Shown here: positions 1 through 11,724 of the stretch, piece after piece | Numbering within the stretch: the stretch's first letter is position 1 | Layout: each line of letters opens with the position of its first letter | Origin: Acidilobaceae archaeon | GTDB lineage: Archaea; Thermoproteota; Thermoprotei_A; Sulfolobales; Acidilobaceae | Direction of reading: 5' to 3' | Length of the DNA stretch: 64,000 nucleotides | Assembly (NCBI GenBank): GCA_038897215.1 | Contig: JAWAWX010000001.1 | Span: 320,001-384,000, forward strand | The notes under the pieces: model-generated | Told to the model about the DNA's origin: nothing | What the model saw: only the letters and a program-made list of their open reading frames with translations | The model's database searches: none | Made by a program: the position numbers and the translations under genes

Positions 1-768
1 ATAGTAGCTTCCGAGTCTTCGGCTATAGACGTTCTTGATGGAGACGTAAAGCGCCACCTAGAGCCTGGCGAGAGCATTCTGGTCTCGAGGAGGCTCGTCA
101 AGAGCTGGAGGACGAGAGCTAGACCAGTCGGGCTATGCCTCTTCGAGCTACTATACATGGCTAGACACGACTCTATAGTCGACGGAGTCAGCGTCTACGA
201 GTTCAGGAAGGCTCTAGGAGCTCGGCTAGCTGATAGAATGCAACAACGTGAGAGAGTAGACGTTGTGGTAGGAGTTCCCGAAAGCGCTACACCCTACGCG
301 ATAGGCTTGGCTAACGCGTTAAGAAAACCCTACGATATCGCGTTCGTTCCCACTAAGCGAGTCAGGTCGATGCTGAAGTCGAGCCCTCTACACAAGCTGA
401 TCGCGATCCACTTGAAGATGAACCCTATCAGGAGCTCTATCGAGGGGAAGCGAGTAGCCATAGTGGATGACAGCATGGTCACGGGAGCGACAGCAAAGAC
501 TGTCTCTCAGTTGCTGAGACTGAGGATTGGAGCAGAGGAGGTCCACTTCCTCGTAGCGAGCCCGCCGATAGTGGAGAAGTGCCCCTACTCGCTGATGAAG
601 TTCGATAAGGATAGCTTAGTCGCGGCAAACCTCACGAGCTCCGACATAGAGGATTATCTGGAAGTCGACTCGCTCACATGGCTCTCCCTAGAGGACGTGA
701 GGCGAGAAGCTGAAGCGAGAGGCATACGAGTCTGCGATAAGTGCTTTGGGAGCGTGAGAGAGAGATGA
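1..768 (+). CDS. purF: Amidophosphoribosyltransferase, 5'-partial (frame open from position 1)
   Basis: Frame reads IVASESSAID...CLFELLYMARHDS; PRPP-binding VAIVDDSMVTGAT, VPES and SPP motifs, C-terminal CxxC; first gene of a pur cluster. Confidence 0.92.
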   Translation: MVASESSAIDVLDGDVKRHLEPGESILVSRRLVKSWRTRARPVGLCLFELLYMARHDSIVDGVSVYEFRKALGARLADRMQQRERVDVVVGVPESATPYAIGLANALRKPYDIAFVPTKRVRSMLKSSPLHKLIAIHLKMNPIRSSIEGKRVAIVDDSMVTGATAKTVSQLLRLRIGAEEVHFLVASPPIVEKCPYSLMKFDKDSLVAANLTSSDIEDYLEVDSLTWLSLEDVRREAEARGIRVCDKCFGSVRER

Positions 769-2282
769 AGGTGCTGGTAGTAGGGTCAGGGGGCAGAGAG
801 CACGCTCTCGTGAAGCTTATTAGAGCGAGTTCTATCGAGCCCAGAGTCTACGTGGTGATGGATTACGCAAACCCCGGGCTGAAGAGAGAAGCTGAGGAGT
901 CTAGAGGCTCTTGGTTCGTAGCGTCTACAACCAAGCCTGGTAATGTGGTCGGAATAGCGGAGCTCGTAAACCCAGACCTCATCGTAGTAGGACCCGAGGA
1001 GCCTCAGTTCGCTGGAGTAACCGATGCTCTGAGAGAGAAGGGGTTCACTGTTTTCGGAGCTGATTCTGATTGCGCTGAGATAGAGAAGAGTAAGGTTTTC
1101 GCTAGAAGCCTAATGTGGAAGTATAACATTCCTGGAAGGCTCTTCTTCAAGGCATTCAAGAGTCTCGATGAGGCCTCTAAATTCATCGAGTTCGCTGGAG
1201 ACGTGGTAGTCAAGCCTGCTAGACAAGCTGGAGGCAAGGGCGTCAAGGTGTTGAGAGACACTAAAGCGTATCTCAGCGTAGACAAGAGCAGAGTTAAGAG
1301 AACGTACATAGACAAGCTCTACGACATGATGCGCTCCTACTCAGACATAGAGTACAAGATCCTCGTAGAGCAGAGAGTAGAGGGAGTGGAGTACACAGCT
1401 CAGGTAATCACAGACGGCGAGACACTACTGCCTCTACCTCTAGCTCAAGACAATCCCCACGCGTACGAGTTCGACATAGGCCCGGAGACTGGAGGCATGG
1501 GTAGCATAATGGGTCCAGGCTATCTGCTACCTATGATAACAGAGAGCGAGTTTAAGAAGACCATAGAGATCGTGGAGAGTAGCCTCAAGGCTCTACAGGC
1601 TGAGAAGAAGAAGCCGTATGTCGGAGCGATCGCGGGTCAGATGATGCTAACAGGGCTCTGGGGGCCTACAGTGATAGAGTTCTATAGCAGATTCGGAGAC
1701 CCCGAGATAGCCAACCTAGTGCCCCTACTGGACTCAGACTTCCTCGAAGTCTTGGAGAGAGCAGCTACGAGGAGACTCGCTGGAGCCAAGATTAGAGTGA
1801 AGGATGGGCTAGTCAGCGTGGTCAAAGCCGTAGCTCCCTCAGGTTACCCTGATGACAGAGAAGCTGCGACAGGCCACGCGGTAGTAGTCGATGAGAGGAG
1901 GATCTCGGAGCTAGGATGCATCACTCTATACGCTAGCGTCGAGGAGATAGATGGGAGAGTCTACACGAAAGGGTCTAGAGTAGTCGAGATCGTGTGTAGT
2001 GGCGAGAGCTATAGAGAAGCGTACACGAAATCGGAGAAAGCGGTGCTCAACGTATCTAGTCTCGATGGGTGGCCGCTATTCCATAGGAGCGACGTAGGGT
2101 CGCCTCGAGTGATAGAAGAGAGAGCTAGGCTAGCAGAGAGAGTCAGGAGAGTCTATCTCTCTCGAGCAGCCCGCGGGCTACTAGGCAGGCAGCTCGTATG
2201 GCTCCCCGGGGAGGGCGTGATAGAGAACCCCCTAGTTACGGGGGTCAAGAGAGATAGAGGAGGTGGAGTCTTTGCGCCGTAG
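765..2282 (+). CDS. purD: Phosphoribosylamine--glycine ligase
   Basis: MKVLVVGSGGREHA, VGPEEP, GGKGV, GPETGGMG, RFGDPE; ATG at 765 overlaps the purF stop (ATGA). Confidence 0.95.
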   Translation: MKVLVVGSGGREHALVKLIRASSIEPRVYVVMDYANPGLKREAEESRGSWFVASTTKPGNVVGIAELVNPDLIVVGPEEPQFAGVTDALREKGFTVFGADSDCAEIEKSKVFARSLMWKYNIPGRLFFKAFKSLDEASKFIEFAGDVVVKPARQAGGKGVKVLRDTKAYLSVDKSRVKRTYIDKLYDMMRSYSDIEYKILVEQRVEGVEYTAQVITDGETLLPLPLAQDNPHAYEFDIGPETGGMGSIMGPGYLLPMITESEFKKTIEIVESSLKALQAEKKKPYVGAIAGQMMLTGLWGPTVIEFYSRFGDPEIANLVPLLDSDFLEVLERAATRRLAGAKIRVKDGLVSVVKAVAPSGYPDDREAATGHAVVVDERRISELGCITLYASVEEIDGRVYTKGSRVVEIVCSGESYREAYTKSEKAVLNVSSLDGWPLFHRSDVGSPRVIEERARLAERVRRVYLSRAARGLLGRQLVWLPGEGVIENPLVTGVKRDRGGGVFAP

Positions 2283-3492
2283 AGAGTTCCTCACGACCCC
2301 CCTCTTCGGAGACTCTTTGAAGATACTGATGTTGGGGGGCGGAGAGCTCGGCAAGGAGGTCGCTATAGAGGCTCAGAGACTTGGAGTCGAGGTAGTGGTC
2401 GTCGATAGATACGATTGGGCGCCAGCTATGCATGTAGCTCATAGGAGATACGTTGTCGACATGATGAACCCCAATGCCGTCAAGGCGATAGTAGAGAGAG
2501 AAAAGCCTGACCTGATAGTCCCAGAGATAGAGGCTATAGCGACAGATGCTCTCCAAGAGCTAGAAGAGAGAGGCTACACGATTGTGCCTAACGCTAGAGC
2601 CGTCGGGATAGCAATGAATAGAATAGAGCTGAGAAGATTCGCCGCTGAGACTCTCCAGCTTCCTACAGCGAGGTACGCTATAGCGGCTAACGAGGAGGAG
2701 GCCTACGAGGCCTGCGAGAAGGTAGGGTACCCGTGTCTCCTGAAGCCGGAGATGAGTAGTAGCGGTTTGGGTCACGTTAAGGTCAGCGAGTCTAGTAGAG
2801 AGAGTGTAGCGAAAGCGTACCAGTACGCGATAGCGCACGCTAGAGGCAAGAGTAGGAGAGTCATAGTCGAGGAGTTCCTAAACCTAGCCACGGAATTCAC
2901 TATACTCACCTACAGATACGTCTCCGAAGACGGAGGCGTAGCCACAGAGACCTGCGAGCCCGTAGAGCACTGGAGATACGGGCAGTACCACTACATCGAG
3001 TCATGGCAACCCTCAGAGAGAGAGCCTAGAGTCTTGGAGGCCGCTAGATCCATCGGCTTGAGGATCGCGGAGAGCCTAGGCGGGCTAGGCATATACGGAG
3101 TCGAGGTCTTCCTGACAGCAGACGGTAGAGTGCTTTTCAGCGAAGTTGCTCCACGACCGCACGATACAGGGATGGTCACCATGGCTAGCCAGGAGCTCAG
3201 CGAGTTCGCTATACACGTGAGAGCAGCTCTAGGACTCCCAGTCCCTAAGCCTAGAGTAGTGTCTCCAGCAGCCAGCATAGCAGTCTACGCTGACAGAGGA
3301 GACGTCTGGGCTCCGAGAATCAGCGGAGTATACGAGGCTCTAAGCATACCGGGAGTCGACCTGAGAGTCTTCGGGAAACCCTACACCTACCCTGGTAGGA
3401 GGGTCGCAGTCGTTCTAGCTAGAGGGTCTAGCGTAGCAGAGGCTCTAGAGAAGGCTAGAAGAGCAGCCTCGAAGCTGAGGGTTGCACAGTGA
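2263..3492 (+). CDS. purT: Formate-dependent GAR transformylase
   Basis: LGGGELGKEVAIEAQRLG, APAMHVAH, VPEIEAI, KPEMSSSG, EVAPRPHDTGMVT. Confidence 0.96.
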   Translation: MESLRRREFLTTPLFGDSLKILMLGGGELGKEVAIEAQRLGVEVVVVDRYDWAPAMHVAHRRYVVDMMNPNAVKAIVEREKPDLIVPEIEAIATDALQELEERGYTIVPNARAVGIAMNRIELRRFAAETLQLPTARYAIAANEEEAYEACEKVGYPCLLKPEMSSSGLGHVKVSESSRESVAKAYQYAIAHARGKSRRVIVEEFLNLATEFTILTYRYVSEDGGVATETCEPVEHWRYGQYHYIESWQPSEREPRVLEAARSIGLRIAESLGGLGIYGVEVFLTADGRVLFSEVAPRPHDTGMVTMASQELSEFAIHVRAALGLPVPKPRVVSPAASIAVYADRGDVWAPRISGVYEALSIPGVDLRVFGKPYTYPGRRVAVVLARGSSVAEALEKARRAASKLRVAQ

Positions 3493-4508
3493 GAGAAAAA
3501 GCCTGGACCTACGAGCGCGCAGGAGTCAGCATACCGAAGCAGAGGAGTCTCCACGAGATAGCTCTAGCGGCAGCTAGAGCTGTCAGCGAGCAGCTCAAGG
3601 TAGAAGTCGAGGGCCTAGGAGGCTATGGTGCATCGATGAAGCTAAATGGGTTAAAGCTAATGCTTCACGTAGACGGAGTTGGGACGAAGACCATAGTGCT
3701 GAGAGAGCTCAACAAGCTATGGGTTGCTGGATGGGATTGCATAGCCATGAATGTGAACGATGTTGCTTGCGATAGAGGCAGACCACTAGCCGTAGTCGAC
3801 TACATATCGATGCCTGAAGCAGACAACGAGGCTTTCGCGCAGATAATGGAGGGTATAGCGAGAGCAGCCTTAGAGTCAAAAATAGTCATCCTCGGAGGAG
3901 AGACAGCCATACTCCCAGATTTAGCGTCAGGAGTAGACGTAGTCTGCTCCGTGCTAGCCCTCAAGGAGGGAGAGGTAGAGTCTCTCGAAGAGGGGGACGT
4001 TCTTGTCGGAGTCGAGAGCCTAGGGCTTCACGCAAACGGCTACACTCTAGTGAGGAGACTCCTTAAGCATAAAGGTCTATCCTTCAGCTCTCGCGTAGAC
4101 GACCTGGATCTAAGCGTGGAGCTCTCGAAGCCTACAGCTATCTACTCGAATCTACTCCTCCAAGCCTACCAGCTAGGGCTAGCTAAGAGAGCGGCTCACA
4201 TAACGGGCGGAGGCTTCACCAAGATAAAGAGGATACTGGGGCCTGCTCTAGATGCTCGCATAGCCGCTCCCAAGCCCCCCAGAGTCTTCGAGGTGATCCA
4301 GGAGCTCGGAAGCGTCTCCTCAGAGGAGATGTATAGAGTCTTCAACATGGGGGTAGGGCTAGTAGTCGCCGCTAAGCCTGAGAACGCTGACGACTTGATC
4401 GAGCTAGCAGAGAGACACGGGTTTAGAGCTAGCGTTATCGGCACCATAGCTAGAGGCTCTGGTAGAGTACTCATCGAGACCTGGAGAGGCGAGAAGCTTG
4501 AGCTATGA
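3489..4508 (+). CDS. purM: AIR synthetase (phosphoribosylformylglycinamidine cyclo-ligase)
   Basis: [44 protein letters not shown]. Confidence 0.95.
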   Translation: MREKAWTYERAGVSIPKQRSLHEIALAAARAVSEQLKVEVEGLGGYGASMKLNGLKLMLHVDGVGTKTIVLRELNKLWVAGWDCIAMNVNDVACDRGRPLAVVDYISMPEADNEAFAQIMEGIARAALESKIVILGGETAILPDLASGVDVVCSVLALKEGEVESLEEGDVLVGVESLGLHANGYTLVRRLLKHKGLSFSSRVDDLDLSVELSKPTAIYSNLLLQAYQLGLAKRAAHITGGGFTKIKRILGPALDARIAAPKPPRVFEVIQELGSVSSEEMYRVFNMGVGLVVAAKPENADDLIELAERHGFRASVIGTIARGSGRVLIETWRGEKLEL

Positions 4509-5619
4509 GAGGAGAGCACGAATAGACCCCTCTAGTCTACTCGATGGATACGACCTGAGAGCTCTCTCCATAGCCTCTATAGCCAGCCACTCCGCTCTAG
4601 ACGTCTTCGACGGAGCTAAAGACGAGGGCTTCAAGACAGTAGCTGTCTGCCAGAAGGGGAGGGAGAAACCATACCTCAGATTCAGGAGGGTAGTCGATGT
4701 AGCGATCGTGCTAGACAAGTTCGCTGATATCGTGAAACCAGAGAACGTAAGCAAGCTGAGGTCATACAACGCGATACTCGTCCCCAATAGGAGCTTCGCT
4801 GTATACGTGGGCTACGATGCGATAGAGGAGAACCTCCCTCTACCCATATTCGGTAATAGATGGCTTCTGAGATACGAAGAGAGGGTAGGTTTCAAAAACT
4901 ATTACACCATATTGGACAAAGCTGGGATAAGGAGACCTAAGACCTTCACGTCTATAGACGAAGTGGATAGACCAGTCATAGTCAAGGTTCCTCATGCAGT
5001 GAAGAGAGTAGAACGAGGCTTCTTCGTAGCAGTAGATAGAGACGACTTAAGCAAGAAGGCTAGAAGACTAGCGGAGAGGGGAGTCATTAGAGAAGAGGAC
5101 CTCAAACACGCCTCCATAGAGGAGCTCGTGCTCGGAGCTCACTTCAACGTGAACTACTTCGTGAGCATAGCTAGAGGAGACGTGGAGATTCTGAGCGTAG
5201 ATAGAAGGATACAGACTGACATAGACGGGTTTCTGAGACTACCCGCGCCCATCCAGCTAGAGCTCTCCGAGCACGCTGACGTCGAGATGATAGAGGTGGG
5301 TCACGAGCCTGTGACGATTAGAGAGAGCTTGTTGGAGAAGCTGTTCGAGATAGGCGATAGATTTGTTGAAGCCGCTCGAGAGATCGAGCCTCCGGGCGTC
5401 ATAGGCCCCTTCACGCTCCAACTCATGGTGACAAAGGATTTGGACGTAGTGGTCTTCGATGTAGCGTTGAGGATAGGCGGTGGGACGAACGCCTATATGG
5501 GGGTCGGGAGCCAGTACAGCAAGCTCTACTTCGGAAAGCCTATCAGCTTAGGGAGGAGGATCGCTATCGAGATCCGAGAGTGCATCGAGCAGGAGTGCTT
5601 AGAGAAGCTGGTGACATAG
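4498..5619 (+). CDS. purP: FAICAR synthetase, PurP family (ATP-grasp)
   Basis: [38 protein letters not shown]; located in the pur operon. Confidence 0.9.
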   Translation: MSYERRARIDPSSLLDGYDLRALSIASIASHSALDVFDGAKDEGFKTVAVCQKGREKPYLRFRRVVDVAIVLDKFADIVKPENVSKLRSYNAILVPNRSFAVYVGYDAIEENLPLPIFGNRWLLRYEERVGFKNYYTILDKAGIRRPKTFTSIDEVDRPVIVKVPHAVKRVERGFFVAVDRDDLSKKARRLAERGVIREEDLKHASIEELVLGAHFNVNYFVSIARGDVEILSVDRRIQTDIDGFLRLPAPIQLELSEHADVEMIEVGHEPVTIRESLLEKLFEIGDRFVEAAREIEPPGVIGPFTLQLMVTKDLDVVVFDVALRIGGGTNAYMGVGSQYSKLYFGKPISLGRRIAIEIRECIEQECLEKLVT

Positions 5620-5620
5620 C

Positions 5621-6988
5621 GTGGACGAGCTTAGGTTCTCATGTGTGTTCGAGTGGAGGTATGGCTCTCGGGAGATGAGAGAGCTCTTCACCGCAGAGTC
5701 TATGGTTAAGAAGCTCTTAGACGTCGAGATAGCCCTTCTGAGAGGGCTAGAGGAGGCTGGCTTCGCAGAGAGAGGTTGCGCTGAGGCTATTAAATCGTGC
5801 GTCGAAGAGATCACTGCTAGAGAGGTCTACGAGCTAGAAGCCAAGATAGGGCACGATATAGCGGCTTTAGCGCAGATAGCTGGAGATAGGTGCGGGCCCT
5901 GCGGTAGATTCTTCCATCTGGGAGCCACGAGCTACGATATAGTCGACACTGCTTGGGCTCTCATACTGAGAGATGCTTTAGCTATAGTTAAAAACAGGTT
6001 GGCGAGAGTCATAGACGTCCTCTCCGAGCTAGCGTTGAGGGAAGCTGAGACCCTGATGGCGGGTAGAACACATGGGCAGCACGCTGTCCCCATAACTCTC
6101 GGCTTCAAGCTAGCGAACTTCGCTTACGAACTCTCCCGCGGTCTAGAGAGGATTCTCGACGCAGAGAGGAGGCTTGTGAGATGCAAGATCTCTGGCGCAG
6201 TGGGGACTATGGCCGCGTGGAAAGATAGGGGGCTAGTGGTAGAGGAGACTGCCTGCTCGAGTCTAGGTCTAGAGCCTCACGCTATAACGACGCAGGTGGC
6301 TCCTCGCGATGGATTTGCTGAGATAGCTACAGCTCTAGCTATACTAGCCAGTCAGCTCGATAGGCTTGCTCTAGAGGTGAGAGAGCTCTCGAGAACAGAG
6401 ATCGGCGAGCTCTCCGAGGGAGAGGAGAGAGTCGGGAGTAGCACTATGCCGCAGAAGAGGAATCCGGTGACAGCAGAGAGGGTATCGGGGCTCGCTAGGA
6501 TAGCCAGGTCTCTCTCTATAGCTGCTCTCGAGAACATAGTCTTGATGCACGAAAGAGACCTAACGAATAGCAGTGCTGAGAGAGTACTCATCCCCCACCT
6601 CTTGCTCACAGTAGACCAGATGCTGATAGACACTGAGAGAATGCTGAAATCTCTCGTGGTCGATAGAGAGGCTATGGCTAGAAACTTGGAGCTCACGAGA
6701 GGAGCGATCATGGCCGAGTCTGTCATGATGAAACTCGTCGAGAAAGGAGTCCCCAGACATAGAGCACACGCGATTATCAGAGAGGTATTGAGGAAGACTG
6801 GGGGAGACGAAAGCTTTGCTAACGCTCTACAGAAAGACCCTGTGATATCATCGCTTCTCACACCAGATGAGATCAGAGAGAGTCTAGATTACAAGTCATA
6901 TCTAGGCTCCTACAGACAGCTCGTAGCTAGAGCTTTAGAGTATGCCAGGAGAGTCGCTGACTTAGCGAAAGCTAGCAGTCATCGCTGA
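5621..6988 (+). CDS. purB: Adenylosuccinate lyase
   Basis: [27 protein letters not shown] signature, HERDLTNS. Confidence 0.96.
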   Translation: MDELRFSCVFEWRYGSREMRELFTAESMVKKLLDVEIALLRGLEEAGFAERGCAEAIKSCVEEITAREVYELEAKIGHDIAALAQIAGDRCGPCGRFFHLGATSYDIVDTAWALILRDALAIVKNRLARVIDVLSELALREAETLMAGRTHGQHAVPITLGFKLANFAYELSRGLERILDAERRLVRCKISGAVGTMAAWKDRGLVVEETACSSLGLEPHAITTQVAPRDGFAEIATALAILASQLDRLALEVRELSRTEIGELSEGEERVGSSTMPQKRNPVTAERVSGLARIARSLSIAALENIVLMHERDLTNSSAERVLIPHLLLTVDQMLIDTERMLKSLVVDREAMARNLELTRGAIMAESVMMKLVEKGVPRHRAHAIIREVLRKTGGDESFANALQKDPVISSLLTPDEIRESLDYKSYLGSYRQLVARALEYARRVADLAKASSHR

Positions 6989-7338
6989 GACCGAATCCGG
7001 AGACCTCGGAAGAAGCACGTTTTGTTTCCCGTATGGCAGGCTGGACCTGTAGCTTCTACTAGGTAGAGTATCGCGTCGTTATCGCAGTCAATTCTTATCT
7101 CTACGACTTTCATGATATTCCCTGAAGTCTCTCCCTTCAGCCACAGCCTCTTCCTACTCCTGCTCCAGAAGTGAGCCAAGCCTGTCGCCACTGTTCTCTC
7201 GATGGCTTCGCGATTAGCGTAAGCTAGCATCAATACATCCTTGGTTCTATAGTCTTGAACCACGACGGGCACTATTCCGCCTGCTTTCTCGAAATCTATG
7301 AGGTCTAGTAGCTGATTAATCTCCAAGGGCTCCGTCAT
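6979..7338 (-). CDS. hisI: Phosphoribosyl-AMP cyclohydrolase (no fused HisE domain)
   Basis: [30 protein letters not shown]; only 119 aa. Confidence 0.96.
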   Translation of the reverse strand: MTEPLEINQLLDLIDFEKAGGIVPVVVQDYRTKDVLMLAYANREAIERTVATGLAHFWSRSRKRLWLKGETSGNIMKVVEIRIDCDNDAILYLVEATGPACHTGNKTCFFRGLRIRSQR

Positions 7339-8090
7339 AGTCTCACAGCTATCCCGTTTTCTCTCATGTATTTCTTCACGTCTCTCACAGTGTAGACTCT
7401 GTAGTGGAATACCGAGGCTGCGAGAACAGCTGAAGCTCCTGCTCTCACAGCGTTCACGAAGTCTTTGAGACTACCTGCTCCCCCGCTAGCTATCACTGGA
7501 GAGTCTACAGCTCTGCTTACGCGAGCTATCAGCTCTAAGTCGTAGCCAGCTCTACGTCCATCAGCATCTATTGATGTCAGCAGGATCTCTCCAGCTCCCA
7601 GCTCGACTCCCCTGATAGCCCACTCTACGGGGTCGAGATTGGTCTCGACTTTGCCGCCGTGAGTGAAGACTCTATACCCTCTCTCCGTCATCTTAGCGTC
7701 TATAGCTAGCACTACTGAGCTCGAGCCTAGCTCTCGCGCTAGCTCTCTAATCAGGAGAGGGTTTTGGACTGCTGCAGTGCTGACTGAGACCTTGGACGCT
7801 CCGGCTTTAACTAGGCTTAGAGCGTCATCGAGTCTCCTGATGCCTCCTCCGGCTGTTACCGGTATCGAGACCTCCGCTGAGATCCTGGCAACGAGTTCTC
7901 TGAGAAAGCTCCTCCCCTCTGGAGTAGCTCCTATATCGAGCACCACGATCTCATCGGCACCCTCACTCTCATAGGTTTTAGCGTACTCCACCGGGTCTCC
8001 GATCGCTGCTATGTTCTCGAATCCAACGCCTTTCACTAAAACCCCTCTGTATGTGTCGAGACACGGGATTACTCTAACGTATCTCAACAC
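7335..8090 (-). CDS. hisF: IGP synthase cyclase subunit
   Basis: [46 protein letters not shown]. Confidence 0.96.
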   Translation of the reverse strand: MLRYVRVIPCLDTYRGVLVKGVGFENIAAIGDPVEYAKTYESEGADEIVVLDIGATPEGRSFLRELVARISAEVSIPVTAGGGIRRLDDALSLVKAGASKVSVSTAAVQNPLLIRELARELGSSSVVLAIDAKMTERGYRVFTHGGKVETNLDPVEWAIRGVELGAGEILLTSIDADGRRAGYDLELIARVSRAVDSPVIASGGAGSLKDFVNAVRAGASAVLAASVFHYRVYTVRDVKKYMRENGIAVRL

Positions 8091-8802
8091 TCTCCACCTC
8101 GAGGAGCCCTCTTGGGTCTACGAGCTTCTCGTAGAAAGCTCTACCTAAGACAACGCCCCCGAAGCCTTCTCTAGCGAGCAACCTTATGTCGCTAAGAGAT
8201 CTAACGCCTCCAGCGTAGATAACACGCTCTCTATAGCTACGAGGGACCCAGGATAGCTCTTCTTCGCTGAGACCCGACATCGTGCCATCTCTGGTAGTGC
8301 TAGTCATTAGGAAGCGCTGAAACCCTATTCTAGAATAATGTTCTATCGCTTCTGCCACAGTGAGAGAGAGCTCTTCTCTCCAGCCGCTTATAACGACTCT
8401 GCCGTCTCTAGCGTCGACAGCCAGGACTACTCTAGAGCCTCCCATCTCTACGACCTCCTCTCCTCTGAGAACGCCCTTGTACACGCTTGACCCCACGACG
8501 GCTCTATCAGCTACCTCTAGAGCTTTCTCCAAGTCTCTCCTAGTCTTGACTCCTCCCGCTATCGTTACGAATGCCCCTAAGCTCTTGAGGTCTGCAGCGA
8601 GTTTGAGCACGTTCTCGCTCACACTCTTAGCCTCTATAGCGGCCTCTAGGTCTACCAGATGGATTCTTCTAAGCCCTGTGTCGAGGATCCTAGTTGCGAA
8701 GCCTAGAGGGTCGCGTGAGTACACTATGAGGTTCTCCACTCTGCCTCTCACCATTCTAACCACGCTCTCTCTGTAGATGTCTAGAGCTACGTGTATCTCC
8801 AC
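8074..8802 (-). CDS. hisA: ProFAR isomerase
   Basis: ALDI...VVRM, IHLVDL, AGGV, RDGTMSG, YAGGV, LGRAFY; position in the his operon. Confidence 0.88.
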   Translation of the reverse strand: MEIHVALDIYRESVVRMVRGRVENLIVYSRDPLGFATRILDTGLRRIHLVDLEAAIEAKSVSENVLKLAADLKSLGAFVTIAGGVKTRRDLEKALEVADRAVVGSSVYKGVLRGEEVVEMGGSRVVLAVDARDGRVVISGWREELSLTVAEAIEHYSRIGFQRFLMTSTTRDGTMSGLSEEELSWVPRSYRERVIYAGGVRSLSDIRLLAREGFGGVVLGRAFYEKLVDPRGLLEVESVEIR

Positions 8803-9383
8803 TACATCTCACCCTTGACGCTAGAAACGCTCTCACCGACTAGGCGGGAGGCTTCTCTGAGAGCTATCCCGAGTCCCTTGAAAGCTGCTTCAGCGACATG
8901 GTGAGGGTCTCTGCCGCTCAGCTTGACTACGTGTAGCGTGAATCTACCCCATAGCGCTAGAGTCTCCAAGAAGTGCTCTACTAGAGTTCCCTCGAGACCC
9001 TCTATTGTGTACCCTCTCAGCTCGAGCTTCACCACGCTATACGGTCTCTTAACGAGGTCTACGGCTACCAGGACTAGAGCGTCATCCATGGGGATGACCG
9101 CGTGCCCGAATCTCCTAATGCCAGCTCTGTCTGTCAGAGCTCTGTCTAGAGCTTCGCCTAGAGCTCTCCCAGTATCCTCCACCACGTGGTGAGCCATGTT
9201 TCCGGAGGCTCTAACTCTCAGCTCTAGACCCCCGTGGTGAGCCATAGTCTCGAGAAGATGGGTTAGGAAGACGCTGGGCGTCTCTACGCTGTAGCCTGCT
9301 CTATCTAGGTCTATCTCGACGACTATATCGACTTCTCTCGTCTTTCTCTCAATACGAGCTCTTCGCTGCCTCAACTCCATCAC
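8802..9383 (-). CDS. hisB: Imidazoleglycerol-phosphate dehydratase
   Basis: HHVVED, PMDDAL, DPHHVAEAAFK, SVKG. Confidence 0.95.
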   Translation of the reverse strand: MMELRQRRARIERKTREVDIVVEIDLDRAGYSVETPSVFLTHLLETMAHHGGLELRVRASGNMAHHVVEDTGRALGEALDRALTDRAGIRRFGHAVIPMDDALVLVAVDLVKRPYSVVKLELRGYTIEGLEGTLVEHFLETLALWGRFTLHVVKLSGRDPHHVAEAAFKGLGIALREASRLVGESVSSVKGEM

Positions 9384-10440
9384 GTATCACGCTCTCAACA
9401 TAGCCTAGTAGATTCTCGGGGGGCAGAGAGATCCTGATGTACGAGTCCCCCCTCCTAAACAGCCCCTCGTATGCTCTGATACACACTCCTCTCATAGAGG
9501 TCTCCTCGCTCAAGCGCTTAGCCGAGACTGCCGCTTTGGCTAGGATGAAGTTAGTCTGAGTGTCGTAGACTCTGAGCTCCGGGACCTCGCTTAAGCGAGC
9601 GACTAGAGCCCTCCTAATCCTTCGAGCTCTCTCCACACACTCCTCGAAGTACTTGGAGAGCGTGAGAGCAAGCAGTCCGGCTCGTAGAGCGATAGAGTTC
9701 ACCTGGTAGGGGAGTCTGAGAGTCTTCAGGAGTCCGGCTAGATGAGGCTCTGCTATGACGTAACCCAGCCTTAAGCCAGCTAGCCCAAACGTCTTAGAGA
9801 ACGACCCGACTACCGCTAGGTTCTCACTGCTGCCAGCAATGCTTCTCGAGTCGTCCGCGAACATGAGGTATGTTTCATCGACAACCACTAAGCCTCCCGC
9901 GTTCTCTACAGCGCTCCTCACGACTTCACTACCCAGCCTGTTGCCTGTAGGATTGTTGGGGTCACACAGTAGAACTACATCAGCTCTAGACGCTTTCTCA
10001 GCCAAGTCTTCTGCCTCGATTCTGAACGTCTCCTCCTCGATATCGACAAACTCTACCCTGAAGCCCTTCACTCTGCTTAGCGATACGTAGACGCTATAGC
10101 TAGGCTTTAGAGATACCGAGAGAGGGCTAGGATTCCGAGAGGCTAGTTTAACAGCGTCTAGCAGAAGGCTTATAGCCTCGTCGGCTCCACTAGTCACTAC
10201 GACCATATCCGGGTCTACCGAGCGCCTCTTAGCTAGAGCCTCCTCTAGCTCAGCCTCCAGCTCTGGAGCCGGGTAGAGTCTAGGGTCGGCTTCAGACACG
10301 GCTCTCGAGACTAGCTCCTCGATGAACTCCTTGGGTACTAGTAGATTCTCGTTCTTGTCTAGAGGGAGAGCGCATCGACCAGAAGGCTTCTCGTACTTCA
10401 GCTCGCTCAATCGAGAGCAAAGCTCTCTCCACAACTGCAC
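9349..10440 (-). CDS. hisC: Histidinol-phosphate aminotransferase
   Basis: LDKNEN, GADEAI, PNNPTG, VDETY, SFSKTFGLAGLRLG. Confidence 0.92.
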   Translation of the reverse strand: MQLWRELCSRLSELKYEKPSGRCALPLDKNENLLVPKEFIEELVSRAVSEADPRLYPAPELEAELEEALAKRRSVDPDMVVVTSGADEAISLLLDAVKLASRNPSPLSVSLKPSYSVYVSLSRVKGFRVEFVDIEEETFRIEAEDLAEKASRADVVLLCDPNNPTGNRLGSEVVRSAVENAGGLVVVDETYLMFADDSRSIAGSSENLAVVGSFSKTFGLAGLRLGYVIAEPHLAGLLKTLRLPYQVNSIALRAGLLALTLSKYFEECVERARRIRRALVARLSEVPELRVYDTQTNFILAKAAVSAKRLSEETSMRGVCIRAYEGLFRRGDSYIRISLPPENLLGYVESVIRDGVEAAKSSY

Positions 10441-11724
10441 TCAGTACCCACCCTTTATCGATAGCAGATGGAGGGGGAAGCCTTCCTCCTCGGCTATCGG
10501 CTCTACTTCTCTAGCTATCTTCTCTAAATCGCTCCTCCCTCCTTTGAATTTAACTCTCCTCCTCACGACTAGGAAATCGAGGACAGAGAGTCCTCCTCTC
10601 CATCTAGCCCATCCCGATGTAGGGAGGATGTGGTTGACTCCTGAGTAGTAGTCGTTTATAGCTGTTGAGACACAGCCGTCTATGAGTACTCCATAGTTTT
10701 CAATCATGTCGACTATCTCGCCTGAATCGCTACAAATCTCGACGTGCTCGGGACTCATGTAGTTGATGAACTCCGCGACTAGAGAGAGGCTGTCTGCCAC
10801 CACGATCTTTGGGGTTGCGAGCTTACCGCGTGTGTAAGCGTAGAGCTTCTCGCTGATATCCTCGTAGACTCTCAAGAGATTAGCTGCCACTTCTCTGTCT
10901 CTGGTTACAGCCACTATAGTCGAGGATTCGCCGTGCTCTGCTTGAGCTGCTAGGTGGAGAGCTATCTCTCGCTCTAGTCCTCTTTTATCCACGTAGACTA
11001 CGAGCTCTGTGGGCCCAGCGAGCATGTCTATCCCGACGTCGCGCGATACCAGGATCTTGGCTGCCGTATAGTACGGCCCGCCGGGCCCCGCTATCTTGGA
11101 GACTCTCTCAACACTCTGAGTCCCGTACGCTAGAGCCGCTACTCCATAGGCTCCACCAGCTAGGTATAGCTTATCGAACCCGGTTATCGCTAGAGCTGCT
11201 AGAAGACTCTTGGATAGAGACCTGGGGGGCGTGAAAGCCACTACTCTCCTGACTCCAGCTATTCTAGCCGTAGCTCCGCACATGACCGCTGTCGATATGT
11301 ATGGCGCCATGGCTCCCGGCACGTAGCAGGCAACGCTATCGATTGGCTTGACCTCCTCTTCAACCACTATGCTCTCATCTACTCTAATAGTCCACGAGGC
11401 TCCAGCGATGCTCGATAGAGGCCGCTCTACGCTCCTCACTCTATCCGCTAGCTTCCTCAAAGAGTCTACGAGAGCCGGCTTCTCGGCTTCCACCTCGCTT
11501 AGAGCAATCTCTAGCTCGTTTTTCTCAACGCTAAGCTTATCTCTAGTGAGCTTCACTCCATCGAGTCTCTCAGCGTAATCTATGAGAGCATCATCGCCCC
11601 GCTTTCTGACATCCGCGACTATAGGCTTAACCGCCTCAATGTATCTATCGTAGTCTAGCTCTAGCCTGATGGCTCTCGCTAGCGTCTCCGCGCTTTCTCT
11701 AGAAGACACCTCGAAGACTCTCAT
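10441..11724 (-). CDS. hisD: Histidinol dehydrogenase
   Basis: YVPG, KIAGPG, IDMLAGPTE, AQAEH, PEHVE, DYYSGVNHILPT. Confidence 0.95.
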   Translation of the reverse strand: MRVFEVSSRESAETLARAIRLELDYDRYIEAVKPIVADVRKRGDDALIDYAERLDGVKLTRDKLSVEKNELEIALSEVEAEKPALVDSLRKLADRVRSVERPLSSIAGASWTIRVDESIVVEEEVKPIDSVACYVPGAMAPYISTAVMCGATARIAGVRRVVAFTPPRSLSKSLLAALAITGFDKLYLAGGAYGVAALAYGTQSVERVSKIAGPGGPYYTAAKILVSRDVGIDMLAGPTELVVYVDKRGLEREIALHLAAQAEHGESSTIVAVTRDREVAANLLRVYEDISEKLYAYTRGKLATPKIVVADSLSLVAEFINYMSPEHVEICSDSGEIVDMIENYGVLIDGCVSTAINDYYSGVNHILPTSGWARWRGGLSVLDFLVVRRRVKFKGGRSDLEKIAREVEPIAEEEGFPLHLLSIKGGY